In this document: positions 51,192-64,000 of the stretch, piece after piece
How positions within the stretch are numbered: the first letter of the stretch is position 1
How the letters are laid out: each line of letters opens with the position of its first letter
NCBI GenBank assembly: GCA_973895155.1
Contig: OZ316892.1
Span: 29,828,932 to 29,892,931 of the forward strand
DNA from: Marsupella aquatica
Lineage: Eukaryota; Plantae; Marchantiophyta
DNA: 64,000 bases
Direction: 5' to 3'
Made by a program: the position numbers and the translations under genes
Notes under the pieces: generated by a model
The model's database searches: none
Seen by the model: only the letters and a program-made list of their open reading frames with translations
Told to the model about the DNA's origin: nothing

Positions 51192-53086
51192 TCATACTGT
51201 TCGCCGGGCAAAAGTAAGATAACCCGTGTGTCCTTTGGTTTCTGCTTCTGGGCATGCAACGATTGAAGACCTGTGTGCCAAAGACTCTTCTCCTCTACTT
51301 CTCACTTTCTTAAGACGGCCCTTCACAAAACTTTCTTTTACAGTCAGCACCGAATCAGATGTTTTCTTCAACTCAGATGAAAGGTTTGTCCCTTCAGAGC
51401 AATCTAGTGAGACCATTGTTTTGATAGAGATCTTTTCAGTCATGACTTCTGTGCCCTTAACTTCCCCTGGGCACATGCGTTTATGAGGTGGTGAATTGAA
51501 TGGGCTACTCGGCGCACCTCCACTACCAAAACTTGTCCCGAAGAACTCCTCGTGTACTTCATAGGTCCGTTGAAGCACTTCAAACGTCCTTAGGTCTGAA
51601 CAAGCACCGAGCAATGAGGAGATAAGCTTGTGACGAATAGTGAGGAAAACAACCAAGAATCTACATCCAAATAATTCACCAAGACAATGAAAAGTCTGGT
51701 GACCCAATCATTATAAAACTCTAAGATGTGAGTCAAAAATAAAACTGCCACTGAACGTAGGATTAGTAAAGCTACCCGGGCCAGGCCAAACAAAGAGAGA
51801 GGGCTGCATGGCAGAGATTAGAAACGGCGATACCTCTAAATTCAGTTCGAGTGAGAGCTTCACAAGTTTTCTGGACCTGCTCTATACAGGGAGAGAAGGA
51901 GCATAATGGAGCATCTCCTCTCAAGAGCTTGACAGCTGAAGGAACAGCAGTCCATGGTTGTGGCAGATCTAGGAATATTGCATCAACTTCCCCTGAAAAC
52001 TGCAGGGGAAAGCCTTCCCCTTGAATATCCCGCACACCAACTGTGACCAAGCTGCTCAAGCCGTTTCTTTCAAAGTCTTTCCTGTGCAGAAATCAATAAA
52101 TAAGTTAACCACGAACACTGATCACACAATTTGTCATAGTCCCCTGATCAATCATTTTCAGGAAACTTAAGGTTTTCCTAAGCATGACCTCAATCCTGGC
52201 CCTGAACACCCGTTCTCAGAACGATACTGTCTTTGGGTTTAGATACCACAGGTAGAGCTCATCAAACCCCTAGAGCTCAACAGCACACGCAAGACAACAA
52301 ACTGAATTTCATACATTCATTTAGAAGATCAGTCGCATACAAGCCGCAAAGTGTCGACGTGTCTCAGGCTATTCGATGACCGGTGAATGCCTAGAACAGG
52401 ACACTGGATGAAGTGCAATGAGAAAATGAATAAGAAAATGAGATGAGGAAACGAATGGGCCACAGCGACGAGAAAATGGTTGGGGGACTGGGATGGCGAA
52501 ATGAATGTGACAGTGAACCAGAATTGACTGAGCCAGAGAGATTCCAGGTAGATAGAAACAATCAGGAAACAACGAATGCATTTGTAGGCTCTAAGGACCC
52601 AGTTTGAGAGGGGCCATAAGAGAGAGGGAGTACTCACCGGGCAGCTTCCGCACGTTGCTCGTGGAAATCGAAGGAGAAGATGTGGCCAGAGGGAGCAACA
52701 GCCCTCGCTAGAGCAGTCGTGAGAGAGCCACTCCCCGTGCCGGACTCCAGAACGACACAGCCGGGCCGGACCTCTAAGTAGGCCAGCACAAAGCTGATGT
52801 CGGCAATATACAGAATTTGCGTCCGGTGGGTCAGCACGAGCGTCCAGAGCTGAGGAGTGGGGGCCAGCAAGTGCACAAATCCACCCTTCTTGCTCGCCAC
52901 TTTGCAGCCGAAAGGCCTCCCAATCCAGTCATCGTGCATGAAGAGGCCGTAGCGGTTCTGGAACTCGCCACTCTTCACCACAGTCACGGCCTTCATGCAC
53001 TTGTGGCTCTCATACACGATCACGAGGTCCCCGTCCTTTACCAGCCTGTTGCCGGGACCTCTCTCGGCCACCGCCATCGGCAGCAT
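51192..53086 (-). CDS. TRM61: tRNA (adenine-58-N1)-methyltransferase catalytic subunit
   Basis: Exons 53086-52638, 52081-51834 and 51595-51192 (366 aa). Motifs LWTLVLTHRTQILY, VLESGTGSGSL, FLDLPQPW, SFSPCIEQVQ, GHTGYLTFA. Confidence 0.95.
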
Positions 53087-54431
53087 TGCTCTGCACCTTC
53101 TCAATCACATCACCTGGTCTCTTCAGAATCGCTTCCTTGTCTCTAAACCCTCCTCCCGATCAGTTAAGATTTGCTCTCGTCGTCATTTCTAAGCTCGACA
53201 TCTCCCGGCCTCGTCCGTCTTCTCGCCTCTCGATCCCATCGCTGATGATCATCAATTTCGTACCCATTCTTTCTTCTCCTCTCCTCACGATCTCCTCACG
53301 ATCTGCCACAGCCTCTCGAATACACCCTATTCGAAAGCCATTCGATGGGTGGAAGGCAAGAGCTGTCACGGCAGGAAGGTAGCTCGCAGCACAGGAGAAA
53401 TTTCTTCTCCCTTAAATCCTAGAACTCAAGGATCTGCAATTCAAGGTAGACAATCGAGCTCCTTCTCAAGCGTCTCTTACGCTAAAATGGCCAAACTTCT
53501 CGAAACTCAGCCATTTCACTAGCTGATGCGAGATTGCGAGATTGTGCCATAATGAAACTTTCAAACAAAAAGTCAAAAACCAAGTTCCGTCCCAAGCATA
53601 TGTTTCCACTGATAAGCTCCCTCCCTTCCTCACGAAAACAGTGCGAATTGGAGACCTGACGTCCGTATACGAAAACCCCAGCTTGCGGACTATGAGTTTC
53701 TGTGAACCATATGTATGTCACATTCCCAAACTATAGAAGTGCGGGTTCTAGCATGTTTAGTTCCATCTATGCGTTTGCAGGGAAGCAGAATTGATAAGCA
53801 AGCACCCACATTTCATCTGGTTTGCCAGGACTAAGATGTAAGAATCCAAGCAATATTATCATCATCTTATCTATAATATCAATAACAAGCAATAACCTCA
53901 TCTATAGAACATCTTTTTGTATATCTTTCCAAATTATCAAACATTGCAATATCTTTGAGAAACTGAGTTCATTTGGTTTTTGACCATCGACTCAACTACT
54001 GGAGGTGTTATAAGTACAATATGAAGCATCCACTGTAGTCACAATTCCATTCACCACAAAGGCCTTACAGGTTCCTAATGACCTATATAACATAAATATA
54101 CATTAACTTTTCTTCTCTTCTTAGTGAACTCTGGAAAACAGGTCACAGGCTGGTGGGAGAAGGTTACTGGGAGGATCAACCCAAACTTGCCAGCATTCCT
54201 GATTTGACGACATGGTACCCTTTTTTTTCTTTTCTTTTTAAAAACACATTCATGTGTCCAATAGCATCAAGGTCTCATAGTCAACCCATTGGTGCTTGAG
54301 AATCAACTTATACCCCCGGCTTGAAGTTCCGACTTCTTACTAAACTTTTATATTTCATGCGTGTCAATCCGTTCTCAAATGTCTTACACTACATTTACAC
54401 TATATGCATGAGCATAAGAATGAGCAACATG

Positions 54432-54500
54432 AAAGGATGAGCAACTGTGAAAGGATGAGCAACTGTAAAAGGATGAGCAACTGTGAAAGGATGAGCAACT
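54432..54500. repeat. 18-bp tandem repeat
   Basis: aaaggatgagcaactgt x4. Confidence 0.9.
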
Positions 54501-54897
54501 TGCCAGACTAAATGGGTAGCTACGGAGGCAACCGTGCCAAAGGCGCAGAAAATTTAACAGCAGAATGAATGTATGCCATGTGACTCTGGTTTAAACTGTA
54601 ATTTTCGACTTGAAAATTCTAATTATGTTCATACTAGCATGTCGGTTGATTTGCTGGCGGTCGAATAAAACGTTTCGATTTAAAGTAAACTGGGCACAAG
54701 TCCGTTCAAGAGATTACAGTATATTCCTCAACGGAATGGATTTTATTCACATGCGGCGGTCGAATAAAAAGTCTCGATTTAAAGAATACTGGGTACAATC
54801 CGATTCAAGAGATTACAGTACAACTATCACTGGATTTGAAGAACATTCAGTACAAGTCGATCACGAGACTACACTATAACCCTCAATAAGGAGTTCG

Positions 54898-56504
54898 TCA
54901 CTCTTCACTGTCGTCAAACAACTCCTCGTAAGTCTTGTATTGACCCTTGTAAACAAATGCATTTGCAACAAATTTTTGCTGCTTTTGTATACCCTTGATT
55001 TTCTCCAAGTCATCCTCGTCCAGGGACCAGCTAAAGATGTCAGCATTTTGAGCCAATCTCTTCTCATTATAACTTTTACCCACGACACTTGCTCCTTGTT
55101 CTATAATCCAGCGCAGTGAAATCTGCCAGCCATGACTTCGGGTTAGCATTACCAGCTCCTTTCAACAGAAAATTTGCAATCATTGTCGATATAAATAGCA
55201 GCAGGTATCGAGTATTCCAACGAGGTAAAACTCACCTGCGCTGTCGACTTTCCGTGTTTGGCAGCTATCTCTACCAGAACTGGGTTTTCCAAAACACTAG
55301 TGCTTCGGTCGCTATATATTTGTCCAGGGGCTCCAAAAGGTGAATATGCAGTCACATGAATCCCTTTCCTCTTGCAGTAGTCTAAAAGCTTCTTTTGCTG
55401 AAAAAGTGGGTGCAACTCAACCTGTAATGCATGGCACAGTCAGATAACCTTCTGACTTCGATATTCGCTCAATTGTCAAGTTCAAACGTCTATGTTCTCC
55501 TCAGAGTATAGAAGAGGACGCACCAAAAAATCGAATAAAGCGGAGTCCAGGAGGCATTAGAGTGGAGCACAATAAATGAAGGCAACATAATATCTAAGAT
55601 ACAGTTTTTCTGGTTTTACTCAAGGAACACACAACACGATCGTCAATTCTATCTCACTCACCCCTTCGAAAATTCAGATGTGCTCACGTATGGATCAGAA
55701 CACTTGTCACCAAATGAATTTTGGGAAAACATTCAAAAAAGTGCTCTATTGAAGGAACAAACCTGATTAACAGCAGGAACACTTCCCGTAAGAGCTAACA
55801 TCTCTTGCAGCCTCTTTACACTGAAGTTGCTGACTCCAATCGCCTTTGTCAATCCTTGTTCTTTCAGCTTTTCCATTTCCAACCAAACTCCTTTGAGGTC
55901 TAAGGGAAGGACATCCTCTTCTTTTAAGTTCTCAGTGTCGGCCTCTGGTCGTGTTCTTAATAGATGATGTATCAAGTATAAGTCCACATACTCCAACCCG
56001 AGGTTTTTAAGGCTCCTGTGAAAGGCAGCGGAAACTTGTTCTGGGCTCATATCAGTCACCCAAATTTTGCTTGTCACAAATACCTCCTCTCGTTTCAAAA
56101 GTCCAGTGTTGAAAGCCTCATGAAGACATTTTCCTAGCAGCTCCTCTGTTTGATACTTAGATGCAGTATCGAAATGCCTATACCCAGCCTGCCATAGCAA
56201 TCGATTACATACATTACAAACAGTATCCAAATGCCATAGCCCGCCTGCCATATCAATCAACTACATTCATTACAAACAACAAATCACGATTGGTCACAAA
56301 GTCTCGGATGGATAATTGCATGGAAGTAACATACACTAAAATTATTGCATATTTGTTGGAAGATTCGTTGCCTACCTTAAGAGCATTGTGTGTGCCTCTC
56401 ATCGCTTCCTCGTCGGATTCAGAGAATGCAACAGTGCCATTTCCAAGGGCAGGAATCTCTGTGCCCGAGTATAGTTTGTACTTAACTTCTCCTGGAATGC
56501 CCAT
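54898..56504 (-). CDS. Aldo-keto reductase (AKR4-like)
   Basis: Exons 56504-56376, 56188-55763, 55421-55236 and 55122-54898 (321 aa). Motifs GYRHFDTASKY, FVTSKIW, YVDLYLIH, IGVSNFS, NQVELHP, AYSPFG, LRWIIEQG. Confidence 0.93.
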
Positions 56505-58064
56505 TTCAGAGAACTCTCAACAAAAATCCGGCTGGAATACCTGCATTAGTCCAACTAGTTTGAATCCCACTCAAGACATTTATCACATAAAGACAGGACC
56601 AAGAGTGCATGTCAAAGACCCTAAACATCCCTCCCTGTGGACCAAGTCCCCCAAGGTTGTGTGGACCAAGTCCCCCAGGGTTGTCTGTGACCAGATAAAG
56701 AAGACAAAGATATACCCGATGTAGGTGAAACCGAAGAACTCAAACCAAGAAATTTTAGAGATTCGAATTTCGCATTTCTGTCAAAGAACTTCGTCACCAC
56801 ACCCTAAACTTCAACAGGAAGAAGTTAATCGAAACTAGGACTAATCGAAACAGGACGACTAATCAACTTGGTTCGCTAGCATTATCAACAAGACTGGCAA
56901 GACCGGGGAACGCAGAACAAGAGACAATACTATCTCGAGAATGTCCATTCTCGAACGTCACATCCTCTCACATGTACAAGTCCGAGAAAGAACACGAGTA
57001 ACTCCACTCGGCTCCGTCGCTGACGTGAACTGAATAAACTCCAAACCCCTCGACATTTTCAGATGAGCAACTGTACTGAATCACCTACATCAACCCTCCC
57101 TTCCAGCAAGCATTACTGTAAAATGCAGGAAGAACCCACCTGTAATGAACCCTTGAATACGAGAATGAGAAAGTCCAATTCGATGTGCTCCGCCAAAAGC
57201 ATTCACGAGAAAGCAGCGACCTGGGATGGAATTATGTTCTCCAAGGGGCGAGGTCTAGTTATTTAAAGGGGAGACCATACACAGCACAGGGGGGCAGGGG
57301 ACAGGGGTTGGATGGGCAGTTTGGAGGAAGGTTCACAAGGAGCCCACAGGGCACTCACGGGGGTCATGGTGTAAATTCTGAGCTGCAACAACTGTTCGGA
57401 GGTGTGGTTCGGTTGAAGGTTCACACTGCGCAGGACGTTTTCAAGAAGAAGTCGCAGTTGGAGACTTGGAGTAGCTCGTTACATTCGGAAGTGGTTTCAG
57501 ACGTCACACCGACACCATTGTTATCCATGCGGATGTCAGCGAATGTCGGGCGAATGTCGAGAGTCGTCCAGAATCCAGACAAGAGTCTTCACATCGGGCC
57601 AAATCACCTACGGCACACCGCAGTGAGTGCACTACGCATATATTTTTATTGTTATATATTCAAAAGGTCAAAACAGAAACTGTCAAAAAGCGCCAAACGG
57701 GGATACAGGAACCCAAAGGCCAAAACCCAAGAGGGCATCTCAAGACTACCTTACTCCATTTTGTCTTGAAAGGAAATGAGGGCGAACACTTAGTCCTTAG
57801 TGGACTCTTCCCACCCCAATAGTGACATGCACTCATTGGAGGGAACCCATTTCAGGGTGAACTCTCACTAAGACTCACTCAGTAAGACACATTCATTGTA
57901 GGGAACCCATTTTAGGGTGAGCCCTCACGGATACACAAGGACCCGCACCACACAAGGGTGAGAGGATTAAGTCATGGCCACAAAGTGGGCAACCAGGGGT
58001 TGAGGAGATAATCAGAACTCTCATCCACTACCCACAAAACCCATCCCACCACCACACCCCTATG

Positions 58065-58132
58065 TGTGGAGGGCAGGTTGAACCTTGGACCTCTCAGTTC
58101 AGGCCAATCCCCTAGCCAATTGAGCCAAGCCA
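58065..58132 (-). mobile_element. tRNA-like SINE head
   Basis: Minus strand ggcttggctcaattggctagg...gaggtccaaggttcaacc has A- and B-box-like motifs. Confidence 0.4.
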
Positions 58133-58480
58133 GTTTGTTCTAACTCCAATTTGGGGGGGGGGGGGGGGGGGGGCTGGATCCCAAAGGGGGAAACCCAACA
58201 GGGTATCTCAAACATTCCAAATACCATTTTAGGGGAGGGGCTTCCCAAGAGTGAGAAGTCTATCTTGACTGCATGTGGGGAAGGTGGACACTAGAAATTA
58301 GCGCTGGTGGGTTATTGCTTTGTATGGGGTTGGAAGACCAAATGCAGGCAAATTCCATCAACTTGATGTTGGTTTACAGTGAGCAACTGTTAGGGGTTAA
58401 GTCTCTATAGCTCAATGGAGAAAAAAATGAGATCCTTCAATGGAGGAAAAATGGATGGCCAAGATAGTGGATGCAAGTTT

Positions 58481-58610
58481 GGTTTTTTTTAATTTAAGGG
58501 GAAATCTATGAAGGCCCACAAAAAGGGAACAGTGAGTCACACTAGTTGAACCCAAGACCTATCAGTCTCCACACAAGTGAGCTACCACACAACCATGCCT
58601 CCCTGGGCTA
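58481..58610 (-). mobile_element. tRNA-derived SINE with 12-bp TSD
   Basis: ggatgcaagttt at 58469-58480 and 58613-58624. A/B-box-like motifs and an A tail. Confidence 0.75.
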
Positions 58611-60849
58611 GCGGATGCAAGTTTTACCACCTGTAGATTGCAAAGGGACCTGGCTTTCTTTTCAGCCCTCAATTGCATCAAATGGTGGAGAGGAGAAGCA
58701 CAGTCAAGTGAAGGTAGAGAAGATTTTCAGTGGAAATTTGTATACTTCTCCTACACCTTCAGACGCACAACCATCCTGAGAAAATATGCAAATGAAGACT
58801 CATGTGACCTGAAGCCCTTTGGAGGCTCTTGTACCTCAATGCATGGTTTAAGAAATAAAGTCACCAAAGGTTCTTGTACTAGTACATTGGGTAAGCTGTA
58901 GTACTCTTTTCACCTAGAGTACAATCATGTGTATCAAAGACGGGATCAAAGAGCATATCTTACTTCCAAAAAATTTGTCTTATTATTGTCATCTCAATAG
59001 TTCACCATAGTGGGCTGGTCTACTGCAAAATGTAAAACTCACGAAGATCTACATCACTCAAAAACTGCATCTAAAACTAGGTCATATTTTCAGGAAATCA
59101 TCAATAACTGGTATTAGGGTCCTGTAATGGGAAGTAGGTGGGAGAGCTTGCAGACGGGTCTGCAGGGTGGGTCTAGTTTTCATTGAGGCAAATGAACAGT
59201 GGCGCGTTATGGGCAACTTTCATTGTGGCAGTTGTGGTTTAGCCAATTAACAATGAACACTTTAGCTATTTACATAACAGCAACGTACCTCTATTGTCAT
59301 TCAACAGAAGGAGTTGGGTTTGGTTCGGCATCTTGTATATGAAAATGTCTCAAAATTGTTTGATCAAAGCTTAATTTGCAACCCAAGAGCCATCCTTTCA
59401 CCTCTTTTTTGTAGGACGTATTTATTTATCTTGATATTGTCTTATACAGTAAATTCCTAATTCCATGGCATTGCGAACTATCATGCCCCCCAAACAAGAG
59501 CTTTCCTTGGAATGGTTTGTCTTTTATAAATAAATTGCCAGGGCAACCCCATGGGAGGGGGGAAACAAACAACTCCTTAATAAAGGCCAATAGGGAACCA
59601 CCCAGCAAGGGGCAGGCAGGGGAAGTCACATCCAACGCCCTCGGCAGAGCAAACGAAATAAATGTCAGCCCCCATAACAGGGGCACAAACCAGCCAAAGA
59701 CCCAACATCCCACCCACCCCATCAGGCAAGCACAACCAGAACCGCCAACGCATCCTCCCTGGGCAGTCTTCAGAGAGAAACAAAGACTCGTACATTGCAA
59801 TTGGACGTTAAGTTGGTGACGCACACTAAGGACTTAGACTAGTTTGGGGTAGGTCGGGTCATGAGAAGGGGCCGAGCTCAGGGTGGACCGTCACCTACGA
59901 ACGTTTAGCTAGAAAATTATGGGCATAACAAGTTAGTTACGTGCCCATGCGTGCAGGTTGGAGTATAGGTTAGGGGCCAAATATAGGGGACCAAAGCTGG
60001 TCCAGGGGTGATAGGTATCCAGAAGCATATATGAGGGGAGTGGTGTCTCCCTGGGGGCCAAGGGCAAGCGCAAGTTGCGAGCCATGGCAGTCGCGACACC
60101 AAGAGGAAATGTTAAACGGATGGCAATAACTTTGTAATGGGGAGTCCATTGGGGGCCTTCTTGGATGCATTGGAAAGCTCTTAAGGAGGACTACATCCTC
60201 ATAATCTCAGATGGGTCTAGGGGTGACATGGATTCTTGAGGTTTGCGGGGGCTACCTTGCCCGCTTGCCAAATCCTGCCAAAATAGCAGTCAAGCCTCGT
60301 TCAATTTCACAGAAGCTTGCATTGGGGAGGCACAACATAGTAGGCATGGATGTTGAGTTCCAAGTGCACTTGGCCCCTAGACTATTAGTTGAGCGAGAAC
60401 CTTGGAGTTGGTTGTTAGAGTTGGGGCCAATCTGGTCCCGACAACTTGTGACAAGCTAAGCTATTTGGGCCACGAGCATGTCCTCAGGGCAGGACAGTCA
60501 ACCAATGATGGATAGAAAGTGGGGAAGCACGGGCGGCACCCAAAGAGGGGTTGTTCTAGACAAACAATGGATGTAAGTTGGCTTTGGCTTTGGCTTATGG
60601 CAAGGCCATGCAAGCCCGGGAGGTTCTATTCGTTGACCTACTTACCAATGTTTGTTGAGCATGAGTTAGGGTGCTAGTCTTGGAGGGCCTAGATACTAGG
60701 GTTACTTACCAAGGTGTTTGGTTGCTTGTGCAGACAGTGAGGACCGTTGAGCAACAGTCGCATTAGGGAGCAAGTGCGGCTTCATATGGGAGTGGTCGTT
60801 GGAGGTGCAAGAGGTCTATACCAAGTTACTTGCTCAAGGACCCAGGGAC

Positions 60850-62560
60850 TCACCCACACTTCTCAGACCCCCTTGGGGGTGTAAGTTGAAGGGATCAGAG
60901 CATTCTCTCTCATTCTTTACATGATTGTATTCTTATATGCTATGGATCCTTCAAGAGTTACTCCACTCGTGGTGTCTCGTCAATGTAGTGTATGATCAAG
61001 TTCTCTCTCATGTTTTGCTCAATGTTTCGCTTGATGTTCTGCATTTGTTATCTAGTCTAAGCCAATGGTTTCTTATAGATTGCACCACAGGTGAAGAAGC
61101 ATTGTAATACGGGAGGTAGGAAAACCATCCATCCAACCAAACTATTGTGTATAAATTTGTGGCTTCATCACGTGGGGGTCATTTGGTCTGTTTTGACTCC
61201 ATCGACAAAGCACAATATGATTATCTGAAATGGAGACTAGAATGGCATCCATTAATGTGAAGAATATGAATAAAGAAAAGAAGAGACCAAGCAAGACTAA
61301 ATTGCAGGGTTGGTCTGGTTGTTGTTCTATTTTGTGGTGTTCCGTTCCACGCCTTGACATATATATGCTCGTCAACCTGCCCGGTCAACCTGCATAGCCA
61401 AAATGAATAGATCTGGAGAACCCATGGCAACGATAGCGACACGCCATTACTTTCAAAATGACTTGCATGAAGCGGTCCTTTATTATAAACCATAAGGTTT
61501 CTCTATCATAAATACAATCAGGTCAGCTCTAAAAATTATTGAAATCCACATACATGATTTTAGGTAATGCTCATGAAACTGGGGAGAATTTTATAATTCA
61601 TAATTATTCCAGTAATATTCTTAACATTTTGATACGAAAGCAATGATTTATTAGTATATACATGTTGTGGGGGTTACAATGAAATTATAATAGAAGTAAT
61701 GAACATCACTCACCTTCACTTGTACTGATGCTTCATTACCAGTACGTTGGGGAGAAATTTAATTTGATCTTGGTTTTTTAATCCACTTTTGAGACTTATA
61801 AGAACATTAGTGTTTTTTCTAATAAAATCCCAGGTTTATAGGGGTTAAAAAAATTCTTACATCTTAGGAGTACGGGGCCTAAAAATGTTGTAGGTGATGG
61901 GGAGGCCTCCATATATGAGACCCCCAAGCATACAAATAGGAAATGGAATTGTACACCAATTGAAAGTCAATTGTTGCTAAAAATGTGTTACATAGCTATT
62001 CCTGGGAAAAAAACTGTTGTGTTACATAGCTATTGTATATCAAAAATATTATTTAAACAAAATACACAAAATAAAACACATCAACTTTGCTCAAGCGGTT
62101 AATTTAGTGTATTGAAGTTTGTAAGATACCAAGTGCAATCCTTCAGAGTTGGTCAAACCTGTCAAAAACATTTGGTATTTAATCACTAGCGAGCCCCATG
62201 GCTTGCTTTGCTTGGTTTGGCTGGCACCTTCTCTACTATCTCGGTCACTTCCCTTCAGATGGACACGTACTTTTGATTAGGAAAAAATAAACCCACCTGT
62301 TCAGAGAATGTGTCTAGTGTCTGCAAAGGTAGCATTTGCGCCTGGAAGGCCACTAACAGTCCGTCTCCACATAGTTGAGTGAGCCAAGTTCTACTGGACA
62401 AAAAGCTCCTCGTTGTTGGCACACAATCAAATTAGTGCTCGAGAAGTCAGTGGAGACTTTTTCTTTCACCCCCAAAGTCATATCGATAACTAAAAATATC
62501 CATGAAAATGTAGTTTGAATAATTTATTTAATTTTTGAAAGGTATGCAATATATAATTCA
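60850..62560. repeat. Inverted paralog of 40750-42910; includes a partial MITE (61770-61928) related to 36308
   Basis: Reverse-complement similarity seen directly. Confidence 0.85.
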
Positions 62561-62959
62561 ATTTCCTACCCATTCTTTCTTCTCCTCTCCTCACTATCTG
62601 CCACAACCTCTCTTCTCTTCTCCCAACCTTGAAACTAGGCACTAATAAACCCTATCACCGGGAGCAACCGTGGCAGGGACAGAATTAAGGACGAAAGCCA
62701 ATCTCGAGGATAATTAATGCTAATCCGCATTAATTACCCCGTCAGTGCTGCCCACTGCCCGTATGTACTGCGTCTCGATTTAGGATAAATACCTGGAGCA
62801 AAAGAATGTTGTCACAAATTGTGGAGAGACTCAATGGTAGCACAGCTTAGTTAGGGATCAGGAGGTCCCAGGTTTGAGACCAGTTGTGGCAAAGAATGCT
62901 TTTCTACATTCACCCCACCCAAAAAGTGGGGATCATTCACGCTACTAACATTAAAAAAA

Positions 62960-63981
62960 ATGTTTTTTTGGCAGCTTGCTCACAGGATTAATGTTACTCA
63001 ACATTATATTGGCAGGAGATCTTCTCGCCATGACATAAATGGTATTCTTATTCCCTTCTCTCGTTTGGATCCTCTTTGGTGGTGTAAGCGGTGTGACGGA
63101 GAGGCTCATGAGGATATTATACACTGTCAATGGACATGTACTGAATCTCAACAGATATGGGGATGGATTGCCAGGGTGATGGGCAGTGCTATGATTCTTC
63201 AACCCTCGGGGGTGTCTTTCGGTGCTGTGCAGGCGATTCTTGGTGCTCAGATTCTGGAACTAGTCGTGGCTTTCCTTGTAAACTATGGCATTTGATCCGG
63301 GGCCTCTCCAACTGGCATCTGTGAAAAGCCAGATGTTTCTCTGGAAAAAGAGGAGATCCATGTTTCGATCATTGGGATTCAGATTAAAATCTGGAGGGAG
63401 ATACGTCTTTATCTCATGATAGCTTGGTCTCAAGGACGTCTACGACATAGGGCTGCTGGCCGAAGTCTCCAAGAACTTAAAGGATGCAAGATCAGAGATT
63501 TTGGTAGAGATGGTGACTTATTTAGTATTATTGAGGAGTCAATCATTGTTGAGTATGAGCCATTGTGGGCTTTCGACCCGCCCTGAATTGTATTCAGGTT
63601 CCACTTTTGGCTTTAGGGATCAGTTTTGATTTCTTTGGCGGTAGGATCTTAGTCTATGGATGGCCTGTCCTGTCTTTGAGATTGGCGCCTTTATGCAGAT
63701 GTTTAGTCCCTAGTTTTATCACTAGGTCTCTTCCTGCATTTTTTGGCTGAGTGTGCCCTCATTTCTGCTCTGCTCCTTGTTTTAGTTAGGTGGGCCTCGT
63801 AGTTGGTGCCTTTCACCTTTTCCTTTTTGCCCTGTCCACTTGGCCGAATATGTTTGGTCTGTGCGTGACTTTTTGGCTTGTGACCTTGTTTTGGTCTGGC
63901 CAGGTTTACTCCCGTTTTTATTGGGTTTTGCTTTTCACATAAGTAAAGTACTCATTTCAAGAAAAAAAGAAAAAGAAAAAA
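62960..63981 (+). mobile_element. 5'-truncated, degraded L1-type LINE (zf-RVT region, 3' UTR, A-rich tail)
   Basis: FFWQLAHR..CKRCDGEAHEDIIHCQWTCTESQQIW zinc knuckle, then a frameshift and stops. T-rich UTR ending aagaaaaaaagaaaaagaaaaaa. Confidence 0.8.
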
Positions 63982-64000
63982 TATGTAAAAGGGCGGGCAG

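Noticed and set aside
27144-56504. CCD-HAD-AKR biosynthetic gene cluster
   Set aside because: The genes are far apart, interleaved with housekeeping TRM61, and there is no evidence of co-regulation in the sequence.
56161-57769. Long plus-strand ORFs (187 and 194 aa)
   Set aside because: One is antisense to the AKR exons and neither has recognisable domains.
62835-62890. Possible tRNA gene
   Set aside because: No complete cloverleaf; treated as a SINE-like remnant.

Overview
Eukaryotic, land-plant nuclear DNA (probably a seed-free plant such as a bryophyte; this is inferred from gene content, short GT-AG introns and a CRE-type retroelement), not prokaryotic, and no CRISPR array was found. 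The left 26 kb is a diverged local direct duplication (~1.0-10.5 kb vs ~15.5-25.7 kb). Each copy carries a spliced coiled-coil + XH-domain gene (IDN2/FDM-like, no XS domain visible). Between the copies lie a receptor-like kinase pseudogene and a U-box/TPR-like/TM ORF. Next come an intronless CCD1-clade carotenoid cleavage dioxygenase with a transit-peptide-like extension, an intronless TMEM45/DUF716 gene, a 5'-truncated CRE-like retrotransposon and a TE-rich stretch (MITEs, solo LTR, SINEs). Three intact spliced genes follow on the minus strand (HAD/SGPP-like phosphatase, TRM61, aldo-keto reductase), then more repeats and an L1 3' end. I found no unambiguous new system. The best candidates are the XH-only gene pair, the atypical CCD1 and the U-box-TPR-TM gene.
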